DNA of 64,000 bases from an uncultured Candidatus Altimarinota bacterium (GCA_938015455.1 CALLPL010000036.1:9916-73915), one strand, 5' to 3'; positions 44,417 through 56,791 are shown, counted from the first letter of the stretch. Translations and numbers: made by a program. Notes: generated by a model from the letters alone, not told the origin.

Positions 44417-47400
44417 TTATTTTTTCATTATTTCTTGAGCTATCCTATATTGAAGAAGCTGTAATATTGAAGTAAGCTCTTCATTATCTTGATGCTCTGT
44501 AAGTTTTTCATCAATTCTTGCATAAATTGTATACAGGGAGTCTAATCGCTCAGTATCATCTGGTATAGCACGAAGTTTCGTTATGAAGCTCTGTACCTGA
44601 CGCTTATATTGTGTATCTATATCAAGAATATTTTTCTGATCTGGTTCTACAGGACTTTGTGCGTTTTCTATGTACTTCGCTTTTATGATCCATCGTCCTT
44701 CTACTCATCCAATAGGAGTACAGGTAAAGAGTGTAAGATTCTTCCCTTCTCATGGGGTAAGAACTGATGTATCACTTGCTGGAGTATTGTACGAAGCCTC
44801 TGTTACATACTTGTACTGTGAGTATCATCCTGATGCATTCTTTTCATAGACCCAGACTTCTTCCCCAACATCTAGTTCTATAATCTTTTGGAAGTGTGTC
44901 TTATATCTTCACTCTGAGTCTTTCCAATACGAGCTATGAGCGAAAACTACCTTATTCCCTACTTCACCATATCCTCTCGTACTGGTTCCTGGGTACTCAA
45001 GAGCACCGGTTCTGAGAGCTGGATTAATATTTCCTTCTCGGCCATTAATCATCGTATCAAAATCTTTTGAGTCTGATCCAAATTCATTAATTGGAACCAC
45101 AAGACCATTTGATGGAACTACGATATATTTCTGCGCGTTTCTGTCTTCTTCTACCAGTACTTGTTTCCAATGATTTACATCATTGTTCGTAGATCCTGCA
45201 AGACGGAAAGTATCTGCTGATGGAAGCTCTGTAGCTACTCGTGAGTTTGGCTTCGTTTCTATTCTATCTGAAATTGGAGTCCCGGTTCTTGGAAGTTCTT
45301 TTGGAAGAGCTTTGAGAAGCGATTCTCATTTAATTGTTTCTTCTTGAATTTGTTCCTCAATAAGTGCTTCAAGTATATCTTCATACTCTGCTACTTTCTT
45401 TGTAATCTCAGTATCATATTTTTCTTTGAGTTCTTGAACGTTTACTGAGTTAGTAGAATTTATAGGAGCCGAAGGAGCAGAGTTAAGCAGCGGTGTTGAT
45501 GTTCATAAAGGAGTAATGATCGGAGCAGGAAGAGTTGAAGACTCTAGAGGAGTAATAGTAGGATTACTTCTCGAAGAATGACCTCCTCAACTACCTCAAC
45601 TTGAAGATCATGATATAGTTGGGGCAGCAACATACTCCACTACAGTATAATCATTGCTTGCATCACTATCTGTTGTATTATCTCCATTTGGAGTTTCTAT
45701 TTCTCCCGGGTTAGATATAGGAGAACCTGATCTATCCGTAGCTGTATCTGAAACATCACTTGTAGGTCATGCTACACTTTGAGCGATGACTGTAGCAGTA
45801 TTTTCTACAAATCATGCTATGACATCTGGTTGAAAAAGTGAATAGCTTCCTGTGAAGGTAAGCGTGTCTGTTGCTCCAACTGCAAGCGTTGCAATAGGTC
45901 AACCATTTACTGTTATAAGAGGATCTGTTACTACAATATTTGTAAGATCTATATTTCAAGTATTTACTACCTTAAACGTATAGCTTATTGTTTCTCAAAA
46001 TTCTGCCTTTCAGTCATTATTTTCATCATTAAATACTCAGGATTTATAGAGTTCAATTTGAGGAATCTTTTCTATCAGGTAGCTTGTTGGGTCCTCTGTT
46101 GTATCTCCTGTATTATTTGCATAAACAGCAAGTGGGTTATCAGTTTCTGTAGTATCTGGATTACTCACAGAGCTCGTATCCGGAGCAGTCCCTGTATCTG
46201 AAATATCCTCTACTACTGTTCCATTTGGATCTGTACCACTCACGCTTGCGGTATTTTCTATTCCTCAAAAATTAACATCATCTTGAGTCAATACATATGT
46301 TGCTGAATAGTTTACCGAGTTTGTGTGATCAGGACCTATAACAAGGACTGGAGAACCCACTAATACCATACCTGGAAGTGAAGTATCTGTAAGTGTAACG
46401 TCACTGAGAGTAACATTCCCTGTATTAGTAATCTCGAAATTATAACTTACTGTATCTCCTGCTCAAATGATCCCATCCTCTGTTGTGTCTACTACACTCG
46501 AAATAGATTTGATAAGTCGTATATCTGGATTAGGTGAAATAAGGTAACTTGTCGGATCTTCTGTAGGATCACTTCCATTATTTGGATGTGTATCCAAGGG
46601 ATTGTCTGTCTGAGTTCCATCCGGATTAACTATAGTAGTTCCATCTGGAGTAGTTCCTGTATCTGATGTATCTCCTACTATCATATCATTCGGGTCAGTT
46701 CCTGTCACAATTGCAGTGTTTTCTATTCATCCAGCATCTACATCTGCCTGAGTCAATATATAACTCGCTGTATAATTTGTTGTATTTACGTTATTTGGAG
46801 CCATAGTCGGAACTGGACCACCTACCAGAACAAGTCCTGGGAGTGAAGTATCCATAACCGTAACATCACTGAGTGTAACATTCCCAGTATTTGTAATCTC
46901 AAAATGGTAATTCACTGTATCTCCTACTCAGATAACTCCATCTTCTGTTGTGTCTACTACACTCGAGATAGATTTGATAAGCTCTATATCTGGAATAGGT
47001 CATACAGGTTTTGTAACTTCATCTACTGCATCATCTAATATTCCTCATAATGGTGTCCCAGTTGCTGTAGCAATATTAACAACCTCTCCATCATCTGCTT
47101 CAACTTGAGTTACGGGGATACTTGTACAGCTATATTCCCACTGTTCCAAAGGAGAAAGAATATTATCTGAATTAGCATCCGTGTTTGTATCAAGCGTAGG
47201 TCATGAGGTACATTTTTCATCACTCAAGTTAACGAAAGATATAGGCAGATCTCCTGTATTCGTAAGAATAAAAGTATAATCTAGAGTATCCCCTGCCTTC
47301 ATTGGTGTTGATGTTGTTGCCTTTTCAAGAGTCCAACTGGGTACTCATGTAAAGTATCAGAAGTCTTGATCATTATTATCTACTAAGTCTATAACTACAC

Positions 47401-50400
47401 CATCATCATTTTCTATTTCTATAAGGGTATGGGTTGATGTATGTGGTGTTCCAAGTCCATCTGCATCATAGCTTTGAAATGTGTCTACTGGAAGAGTGCT
47501 AGGATCAACTTGTACTTGATATAATCCTACGGGGAGATTATCAAAGAGATATTCTCCATTTGCATCAGTTTGAACCGTATATGGAACTGCCCCTGTGTCA
47601 GACGCAGAAACTACCATCCCCGTAAGAGGATCCACATATATCGGATCACCTGCTCCATCAAGAAGATTTAATGTCACTCATGAAAATGCTCACTCAGAGC
47701 TATCTTGTATTCAATCAGCATTTTCGTCATTCCATATATAGTTTCCTATACTCCCTAGTGGAGTGTAATTATATCAAAAATCTTGATCTTCATCGTCCTC
47801 TACTCAGATGATATTTCAAACAGCATCTGCTTCAAGATCTAAAGTTGTATCAGAAATATTAGAACTTCCAAGACCATCTGAATCATGGGTCTGTTCAGCT
47901 CATGCAGGAAGAGTACTTGGATCAATAGATATTTGATAGTCTCACTGTGGGAGATTTTCAAAGCTATACTCTCCATTTACATCAGTTGTAGCTGTGTATG
48001 GAACAGCTCCTGGAAAACTCGAGTCCACTATTGCTCCTGTGACAGGATCTACATATATTGGATTACCTGATCCATCCAGAAGATTTACTACTACTCATTC
48101 AATACCTGGTTCTCCTGAATCTTCGATTCCATCTCCATTGAGATCATACCAAATAGTATCTCCAATACTCCCACTTACAACCGTAACACTCACATCATTA
48201 GAAATAACATTTAGAGAAATCTCTTTAATCCTTCCTCAAAATGTATTGGTATATACATCTCATGTTGAAAGGTCTGTAACTTTTCCTTCTGAGTCTATAT
48301 CAGGTGTTCCACCTATATTTCCAAAGGGAGTAAGTTCGAGAGAGACTATCTGTCATCCAGCGTTCGCCGCAATATTTCCTGTGACAAATTTAACAGCTGT
48401 TATATCTTCTGGAACTATAGTTCAACATGTTACGGGAGTCGTAAGACTTGAACATGTTTGCCAGTTAGTTGTTCCCGTTCACTGCGTTCATCCACCTGGA
48501 AGTGTACCTCCATTATCCATATATACCTGGTAACATAAATCTCATGAAGCCGGAGTATATCCATTTGGGAGATTATCAGCACTACAGGGATCTTGAGAGA
48601 TACTTGTAGGATTAACATCTGTTGCATAAAATATCTCTCCATTAGAAGAACTTATATTTGTAAGAGTAAGAGATCCATTAAAAGTAGTTGAAGGATCTCT
48701 CGTAGAGTTTAAACCTGAAGTAATTCCTCCATTACCATCGTCGTGGTATGGGAGAATATCAATAAATTCTCCTTCGCTATAATCCTCTCATCATAAGTTT
48801 TTGTAAACAAGGTCATAAGTAAATGGAGTATTTGTACTCTGAACATTATTAGAAACGGTCTTAAATACATCAAAACCATATTCAGGAAGTATTGTGAGCT
48901 GATATGTCGCACTGGCTGAGTCTGAAAAACCATCTCCATCTTGATCTGCTCAAATATCACCAGTAATCACAGCTGTATTAGTAAAAGACCCGGAAGTACG
49001 AGATGGATCTGCTTGTACACTATATTTTATAAGTGGGAGCTGTTCCCCTGCATCAACACTTCAAAAGTTCCAAATCAAAGGATCATCAAATCATTGATGT
49101 TGAGAACTCGTAATGGTTATATCTGGGCTACTTGCATCATAGTCTGTTCTGTTGAGCCAAGTACTTCCTCCATCTATACTAAACTCTTCACTTCCAGCTA
49201 CATAGTCTGTTCCATTTGGGAGATTATCATTTACAGTTGCTGTATTAATAGTGTTATTCCATAGTCATAAAACTTGAGGAGTGATAATAAAATCTATGAT
49301 ATCCCCTCACCTAATAACCTTTATTCCCTTAGGGGATGTTTCTTTTGCTACTGAGTGATTTGAAGGAACGAGAATATTACGATCTGCAAATGAAGAAGAA
49401 AGACTAAAGTTTACGGCCTCAGGATCATCTACAACAGAAGTATCTAAAGTATTTCTCCAAGTACTAAACTCTGATCCTGGTCCAGTATCAAACCTGTAGG
49501 TCATGTATGACGCAAGGTAGTTATTAGAACCGTATCAGCTTGTTAAACCATCTTGAACCTTAACATTATAGTTTGTGGTGATTCCATAGTGAGTATGTGC
49601 CGGACTTGCAGCTAATGCAGCAGGCTTGTCATAATATGATTCCCATCGAACTTTCGAGATCGCTGATCTAGATCAAGTAACCATATCAGGGTCTTCCCAC
49701 CAATCGACTGTTCCTGTAGTTGGATTTCAATTTTCGTCAACTAGACTTCATGACATATTCATTATTACAACAGAACTATCACCATTAACATCATCATCAC
49801 AAAAGTCTTCTTTGAGTTCAGTGAGGGTCGCATGAGAATCGTTTGAGTATAAATATTTACTAAATGGTGAGGTATCAAAAAATGCCGTAGAAACACCAGG
49901 AAAATAGGCAACTCCATTCGGGTTTGTTGGACCATGATTCCATCAGTATCATAAATCTGCTCGAGGTGCAGGAGATAATCCTATATATTCATATTTCGTT
50001 AGATCAAGTTTTGTACATGTTTGAGATCTAGCACCATCAATGGTTCTGTAATCAAAAACATTATTCATAATGGCTACTGTCTCTCCTGCAGATACATATT
50101 GTTCCTGCTGTAGCTTATGGCTAGTCCCCCAAGGCATTTTAAAGTGACTCATATAAGCAGAATAAGTTCCTGGAGATGAGTAGGTCATTACAAAACTACG
50201 AGTCTGATCCGTAAATGATGGCTCTCAAGATCCGTTATAATTGAGAAGATTATTTTCTCCTACATCTTCTGTTGAAATAGGGTTAAATCATAATATTGAT
50301 CATGAACTATAGGTTCATACTGAGTTTATAACATAGTTCTCACAGCTTGGACAACTTTGATGCCCATCAATATCAGGAGTTCGAGGAAACCATAAATTTA

Positions 50401-51478
50401 TTGCTACTTCTATAAGATTACTATCATTATCAGGATCTCTTACATCAATATTATCTAGATCTATAGTAATATTTGGATCATTTACTCCATCAGGAACAAA
50501 CGAGGGTCCTGTAAAATCCCCTGAAACACTGTCTTGGGTACATGAAACAGTTGCGTTTGCTCCATGATCCCCTATAAGAGAACATCCAGGATCTAGTCCC
50601 CAAGTATATAAGATACCTCCAGTAGAGAGATCTCCTCCACTTCCAGAAGTATTGTTGTTATCATTGTTATCTGTATAGAAGTCCAATAAGTCATAATCAA
50701 CTTCAAAGGTTATTTCATCAGAATCAGCAACCATAGATCCTTTTTCATATGTTGCTTTTATTACATACTCCATAAGTACTCACTGTTCCCCACTTGGTCA
50801 ATCTTTCAAAGGAGGATCATAAACAACATCCACATTTCCATCTCCATCTGTGTCTACATCAGGTACTTTAAGATCTTTTGTAGTATTTACACGAAAATTT
50901 GCTGTTACTATAGTATCTTCACTTGTATCGCTTGCAGCAATCGATCCATCTCACTGAGATGAAACACTCGCGCTCACCCTATCGTCGTTGAGAGTTATCT
51001 CGCTTCCGTCAGCTGATGCTCCAATCGCTCTTGCAGCTGGAAAAAATATCCTATTTGTTCCTTCGATTGCAGGTCATAGATTACAAAAGAGTGTTGTCTT
51101 ATCTATTGAAATAGTTGATATATTCGCAACAATCGCTGGATCTGTCTGACATCATGATGGAATCTCTATCCATGCCTGTTTACTATCAAGCTGAACGGTT
51201 GAAGTCAATTCATTCACATCATTGTCATTTATAGAAACCTCAACCTTATACGTAATAGAATCTTGAAGTCTCGTAACATTATTTTCTTCATCTTCATCAA
51301 ATCCAGCTGTTGCTAGGTCATTTCCATCCCAAGTAACACCAAGGTCAAAAGGTTCTGATCAAGTTTTAAAAACAGAAATCGTAGTATTTACCACAGGAGT
51401 TGCAGCATATATGGCAGAAATAGGAAGAATCCCCCACACAAGAGTTATTAGTAATGTAGAAGATGTTAAACGTTTCAT
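44417..51478 (-). CDS. Giant secreted repeat adhesin (2353 aa) with a C-terminal sortase domain
   Basis: ATG 51478 to TAA 44417, with no TAA/TAG in frame (checked triplet by triplet) and dozens of TGA. Signal peptide [25 protein letters not shown]. SdrD/Cna-B-like units ([22 protein letters not shown]). DUF11-like units ([20 protein letters not shown]). S/G/P linker. Sortase motifs [21 protein letters not shown]. Confidence 0.75.
45990..47010 (-). repeat. Tandem 465-nt (155-aa) coding repeats inside the giant gene
   Basis: tgttgtgtctactacactcga at 46481 recurs at 46946 (offset 465). Protein units ...[21 protein letters not shown]...TGTDPN...EDPTSYLI. Confidence 0.8.
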
Positions 51479-51587
51479 ATATACGAATCAAAAATATAAA
51501 TATCCTTACTAGGATAATATACTTTTAAAAGTATGTAAAAGATAGCAGCTACTATTCGTTTTACATAGCTGATTGTTTAGGTATAAA

Positions 51588-51616
51588 ATAAAGCCTCTGA
51601 AACTCAGAAGCTTTAT
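51588..51616 (-). terminator. Terminator hairpin after CDS 51631..52161
   Basis: ataaagcctctga-aac-tcagaagctttat, followed by a U-rich tail on the minus strand. Confidence 0.5.
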
Positions 51617-51630
51617 TTTAAATAATTTCA

Positions 51631-52161
51631 TTAAGCTCTTCCTCAATTTAGGATCTCTTGATATTCCTCAAGCTCTGACCATTTTCCTTCCATTGCAAGA
51701 CGAGCCTGATCTGGCCAGGTAGTTGGAGAGTGAACCTGATAGCGAGGACCTCCAGCAAGAAGTATATCTTCTAAACCAGTAACGTCCGAGCTCACTACAT
51801 CTGCAAAGGTTCTTACTCCATGTTTATTCATAAGTTTTTCTATCTTTGGACCAACACCTTCTATTCTTTGAAGATCATCTTTTTCTGCTTTTACCTTCTT
51901 TTCTTTTTTTGCTACGACTGGTGTAATCTCTTCTGGTTCAGAAATATCTATTGTTGCAGAAGCTTTTTTAGGTTTCTTACTCGCGCTATAGCTTGTGACT
52001 CAGGCAATTGCTGATGCTGAGACTACTTTTTGAACTACATATTTACTTGGTTTTAAAAGCCATGCGAGAATCATTCCAAGTAAAAATGCTCAAAATAGCA
52101 TCAGGGCAATCTCTATACTTGCGTCCGTGAGATTATAAGTTTGTGTTATATTATCAAACAT
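51631..52161 (-). CDS. Membrane-anchored helix-hairpin-helix domain protein (176 aa)
   Basis: TM segment IEIALMLFGAFLLGMILAWLL, K-rich linker, DDLQRIEGVGPKIEKLMNKHGVRTFADV, TWPDQARLA. The listed stop TGA 51643 is read through; the true TAA is at 51631. Confidence 0.6.
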
Positions 52162-52186
52162 AGAGAAATAATAAGAAAATAAAGTG

Positions 52187-52792
52187 TTATTGGCATGCTA
52201 TCTCATTGATCTTTTTCACAGTAGTTCGGAAAACAAATCATGTAGGTTCAGTTACTCCCCATGGATCAAGGATTTCAGCTTTAAATTCTTTTTGGAAATT
52301 CTTCACTGCCTCAAAATCTGCTTGTCCATAATTTCCATCTATAGAGAGATCTTCTCATCGTGAAATAAGGAATTCCTCTAGGAGTTCAACTTGCTGCGTG
52401 TCATTATTTTTTCAAAACTCTATTGGTCACACGAGAGGAGTTTCACAAATAGATAGTGCTCCTCACGAAACTGATCATTCATTTTGTTCATCTACCTCTA
52501 CTGAATCTTCTTCAGCACCATCATCTATTAAAACTCGAGGAAGTTCTGTATTTGGAGTTTCACTCTCTATTACTACTACTTCTTCTTTTTTCTCTAAAAT
52601 AACTTCCTTTGTAACTGGCTGCGTAACATCATTTCCTGTTATGAGCTTTGCTTTTGCTTCTACTAGCCTCTGATCATTCGTTACAGCAATTCCATCACAG
52701 AATCCCTTGATATTACATGTATACCAATACCATGAAGTATAAGCCCAGCCGGCTGTAAGGAGTAAAGTAATCAAGATAAGCAGCATTCTCAT
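52187..52792 (-). CDS. Membrane-anchored protein with a peptidoglycan-binding-like domain (201 aa)
   Basis: TM segment MRMLLILITLLLTAGWAY. C-terminal QQVELLEEFLISRGEDLSIDGNYGQADFEAVKNFQKEF is PG_binding_1-like. Confidence 0.55.
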
Positions 52793-52916
52793 AGCTAACT
52801 ATTTACGAGAAATAAAAAAGACCTTCTAATAGCTCCCATCCTAGGAAAAATTATCTTGTTGTCAAAGATTCTTCCAAAAACTTGCGTGAGCAGTCTCTAT
52901 CTTTATACTCCTCATT

Positions 52917-53813
52917 ATGAGGAAAAATCTCTGAATCATATTATTTTCGGTTCTCCTTGTCATCCTGCCAAAACAGGAAATTTTTGCTGAGCAGGAAATT
53001 TGCTGATGACAACAGGGATATCCACTCTACGAATGTAGAGTTGAAAATATATGCTGAGAGTACAAATCTCCAAAACCTACCTACCAAGTGGAAGACTATC
53101 TTGATGGAAATGAATTGCTTGATTCAGTGAATCCAAATATTTGAGATAGTACTAGTGTGTCTCCTACTCATGAATTTGATACTGCCAAGAAGATCTATAG
53201 AGATAACATGGGAAATATCTATAAATGTGCTATCATTCAATCACAAAAAAATTCTCTAGAATTTATAAAAGAACAAATAAAACACGAAGCGTCCGGGCAA
53301 CTATCTGATACACTTGAGTGACAAATAGAATCTCGAGTTAACAGACTTGAACTAAGCGCAGGGAAAATATGATGCGTCCTCACTGATAAGAAAACAATCC
53401 AAAATAAACTTAATATTCTCAAGGAAACAACTCACGAAATCTGCCGATACCAAAACTATCTCGAATATATGAAGGATTACTTTTCCGACATTCAGCTCCA
53501 AGCACTCAGATATAATAATACAAGTGCTGATAGAAGTGATATTCAAAATATTGTAGACCAAACTATTTGAATTAGAGATCTCCCCTTTGCCATAGCTGAC
53601 ATTAAACAAGAAATTGCTATAGAGTCGGCCCACAGCTACAAGGTTTTCCCTCTTGTCTATCATGCCTACAGTGAGTATGAGAACAACTTTCCTATACACT
53701 TTCTCCTAGAGACTATTAGAGGAGACTTCTTAGTAGTCCGTAATCGATTTTACTGAACCCTCATGCCACTCGCGCAACTCGGATACAAAGTTATTAATGC
53801 TATGAGTTTTTAA
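52917..53813 (+). CDS. Secreted hypothetical protein (298 aa)
   Basis: Signal peptide MRKNLGIILFSVLLVILP. Several conserved-looking Cys. No family recognised. Confidence 0.5.
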
Positions 53814-54349
53814 TATTCTTCATTCAAACTACCTGATAAGGCTTCTACTACTCTAGCATGAGTCAGATCTATTCATCAAGAAGAATTAACCTGGATAATA
53901 CCTGGGTTCTCTCTTAGCAAACTATCAATTTGTATAGACTCAGATGTTATCCTCTCTAGAACTTTTCCTGAATCTTCATCGTCATCTCTGCCTCTTTCTC
54001 AATTCATTATTCTCTCATGCGCAATTTGAATTTCTGTTGGTAAATGTAAAATAATAAGATGGGGATAAGCTTCTTTTATAACATCAAAACTTCCCTTATT
54101 TCTGTAAAATCAGTCAAAGATTAGTTTTTTTCATGAATATTCTCCTAATAGCTTAAAGGTCCAATCTCTAATCAGCTCATACGGAAAGGGAATTCATCAT
54201 TGTAAATACTGAAACATAACTTCATCACTTTTAAGTTCTTCCCCTGCTGACAAAGATTGTATTCAAGTAACATCAGATAATATTTTTGCTTGAGTACTCT
54301 TTCAGGCTCCTGAAACTCACATAAACATAACACTTTCCTGTAGATTCAT
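53810..54349 (-). CDS. Adenylate kinase-family nucleoside monophosphate kinase
   Basis: P-loop FMGVSGAGKSTQAK, LIFDGFYRN (DGFPR-like). 179 aa. Confidence 0.55.
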
Positions 54350-54434
54350 ATTATTATCTTCTTGCAAAAAATATATTATAATCAATTATTACAATATATC
54401 AATATTTGAAAATCTTTGATTACTTAAACCTAAA

Positions 54435-55190
54435 CTATATAGAAAAAATATTTGGAAAAAACTTTGGAGTATGCTCGCTATATTTTTTATACTCTTTATT
54501 TCAACTATAGCGCTGCTCAAGTAGTGGCACACCTGATACTTTGAGGAGCAAAAATGTTATCAGTATCCATCCTATATAGGCTCCTATATAATACTGCGCA
54601 GCGATAGTACACACCCCAAACCAAAAGAGACTCTCACCAAAATACTGAGGGTATCTATGATACTGTCTGAGTCAACTTGTCAGTATTTCTCACTTCTTTT
54701 TTGTCTTTTTAAACTCTTCAAGCTGCTTATCTGCTTTGACTTCATATATAAATCCAAACAGAGCCATCACTGTTCCTAGAACTGTAAATCATAGAGACAT
54801 CTCACTTCAGCCATATCAAAATACTATATATATTGGAGTGGCTATAAGAAACATAAGAAATCATTGAAGGAGATATACCTGAAGAAAACTTCTTATATAA
54901 AAATATTTCCATGTTTCTCTCCATCTCGCATAGCGAGCATCTTCTCCACTATGAGATCACTTCTTTCGAAAAATATGTGTCGCTAATCGCACTCCCCATA
55001 ATACAATCAAAAAACTCATAATCATCTGAACTGGATTCAGCTGATTCTTAAACCCAATACAAACAAGCAAGATTATCATAAAACCAATCCCCCAGAATAT
55101 ATCTGCAATAGAGTTATCTTTTAGGCGAATCGATAGTAAGAATAATATACAATATGCGATTCATAGAGTAATAAGACTTGTTATAATCAT
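54435..55190 (-). CDS. DUF1295 / steroid 5-alpha-reductase-like membrane protein
   Basis: WGVRLATHIFRKK, ARYARWRETW, SGLRQYHRYPQYFGESLFWFG, KVSGVPLLE. 251 aa. Confidence 0.65.
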
Positions 55191-55603
55191 AAGTATTTTT
55201 TAGTACTAAACATCGCAAGAGCAATCATCGCGCAGAGAAATGTTCCCCAGAGTACATCTACTACCGTAAAGAGTGTCGAATATCATTTGAGAAAAGTAAG
55301 GTTTGTGAGATCATACATTGCATAGCTGAGGAAGCCTATAATTGCTCCGTATCATAAAGCTGAGCCATACGAACTGGCAAGTCCTGAATGAATCACAGAT
55401 ACATATACGAGTCCTGCGATAATAGCCCAAGCAGTAAGACCCACTCCCAGCTTGATATCAATAGATCCATCAGTTACTGAAACGAGATTTCAAAACTCAC
55501 GAATTGTAAAACTCTTCGCAACGTTTCAGAGCCAAATATAATCTCCTATAATAATAGTTCCCAGTCCTGCCAGATAGACTGCAAACATTTTTAAAAATTC
55601 CAT
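55181..55603 (-). CDS. DUF2177-family membrane protein
   Basis: IIIGDYIWLGNV, GFLSYAMYDLTNLTFLKGY, VVDVLWGTFLCA. 140 aa. Confidence 0.6.
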
Positions 55604-55668
55604 AAAAAAATTATTTATATAATATATACAAGTATAATAAGAGTTTTTTGTAATACAATTGTAAGAAC

Positions 55669-56781
55669 ATGTTGAAAAAATTCCCATTCTCCGAACTTCA
55701 TGAATGGTACCAGCAAAATGGTCGTCACGATTTGCCCTGGAGAAACTATAGTTTCGATAAAAAGACACGAGGCTACAGGGTCTGGCTCGCAGAGACCATG
55801 CTCCAACAAACACAGGTAGACAGAGTAAAGTCATACTTTGAGAATATCCTAAAGGCATTCCCAACTGTCGAAGTTCTCGCTGCCTGTTCCTATGAAGATT
55901 TCTTTCCCTACTATAAATGACTGGGTTACTATTCTCGGGCTCGAAATATGCTCGCAGCAGCACAAATGATCGTGGATGACTTTGGCTGAGTATTCCCTGA
56001 CTCCACCAATGATCTCAGGGAGCTTCCAGGAGTAGGACCCTACACCGCAGAAGCTATAAGAGCCTTTGCCTATAATTATCCAACTCTCTCGTTTGATACC
56101 AATCTCGAAAAAATCTTTTCTCGCTATTATTTTGGAAACAAGTTCCAGAAACTCAGCAAAGATAAAAAGTCTCAGATACTAAGGGATTTCGAGAAATCAG
56201 GAGTTTCAGGAAGAGATATCAACAACGCTCTCATGGATTACGGAGCAACGGTATCGCTCAACGCGATCAAAAATATTAACTGGGACAACTATCCCCTCCC
56301 CTCTTCAAAGTTTTACCAGACTCGCTGAGAGCTTGAACCAATTCCCGAAAAAAAGAAATCAAGTTTTCCAAATAAGCAGGCTCATGTGATAGCAATCCTT
56401 CATAAGGATCATAAGATGTATTTTGGAGCTCCACCCCATCCAACTTCCCCTTATCAAGGGGAAGAGCAAGCTGCAGCTTCGTCCCTCCTTACTAAGGAGG
56501 GAATTGAGGGAGGTTTTACCCCCTTCCTCATCTGAAAAAATACCTGAAATCCTCGGGCTATGATCCAGGAATATTTCCTCAAAGAGTATCATCTCGAACT
56601 TTCGGTTCGACCTCCTGAGGTAAAGTCGTATAATAACAAGGATATTCCCTATATGCTATGCTATTGCCAGATACAATCTGGAAACCACGATTTTCAGTCG
56701 TTTGAAGGAATCAAAGTCAGGTGATTTGAGGAGGGATATGTCGAGGAGATGGAGTTTGGAGAAAGTTTGAATTTGTTTTAA
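55669..56781 (+). CDS. mutY: A/G-specific adenine DNA glycosylase (MutY) lacking the usual Fe-S cysteines
   Basis: DLPWR, YRVWLAETMLQQTQV, GLGYYSRARN, LPGVGPYTAEAIRAFAY, NNALMDYGA. No Cys where CX6CX2CX5C is expected. 370 aa. Confidence 0.8.
56437..56530 (+). repeat. Cluster of GC-rich palindromic units translated in frame inside mutY (APPHPTSPYQGEEQAAASSLLTKEGIEGGFTPF)
   Basis: ttccccttatcaaggggaa, aagctgcagctt, tccctccttactaaggaggga. GC-rich against an AT-rich gene. Confidence 0.65.
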
Positions 56782-56791
56782 AAAACATAAA

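Noticed and set aside
45098-45100. GTG at 45100 as the start of an independent sortase gene (as implied by the ORF track)
   Set aside because: It lies inside the conserved sortase N-terminal strand ([17 protein letters not shown]). It would yield a protein with no signal or TM anchor, and the upstream frame is continuously open into the adhesin. It is retained as an alternative hypothesis in the finding.
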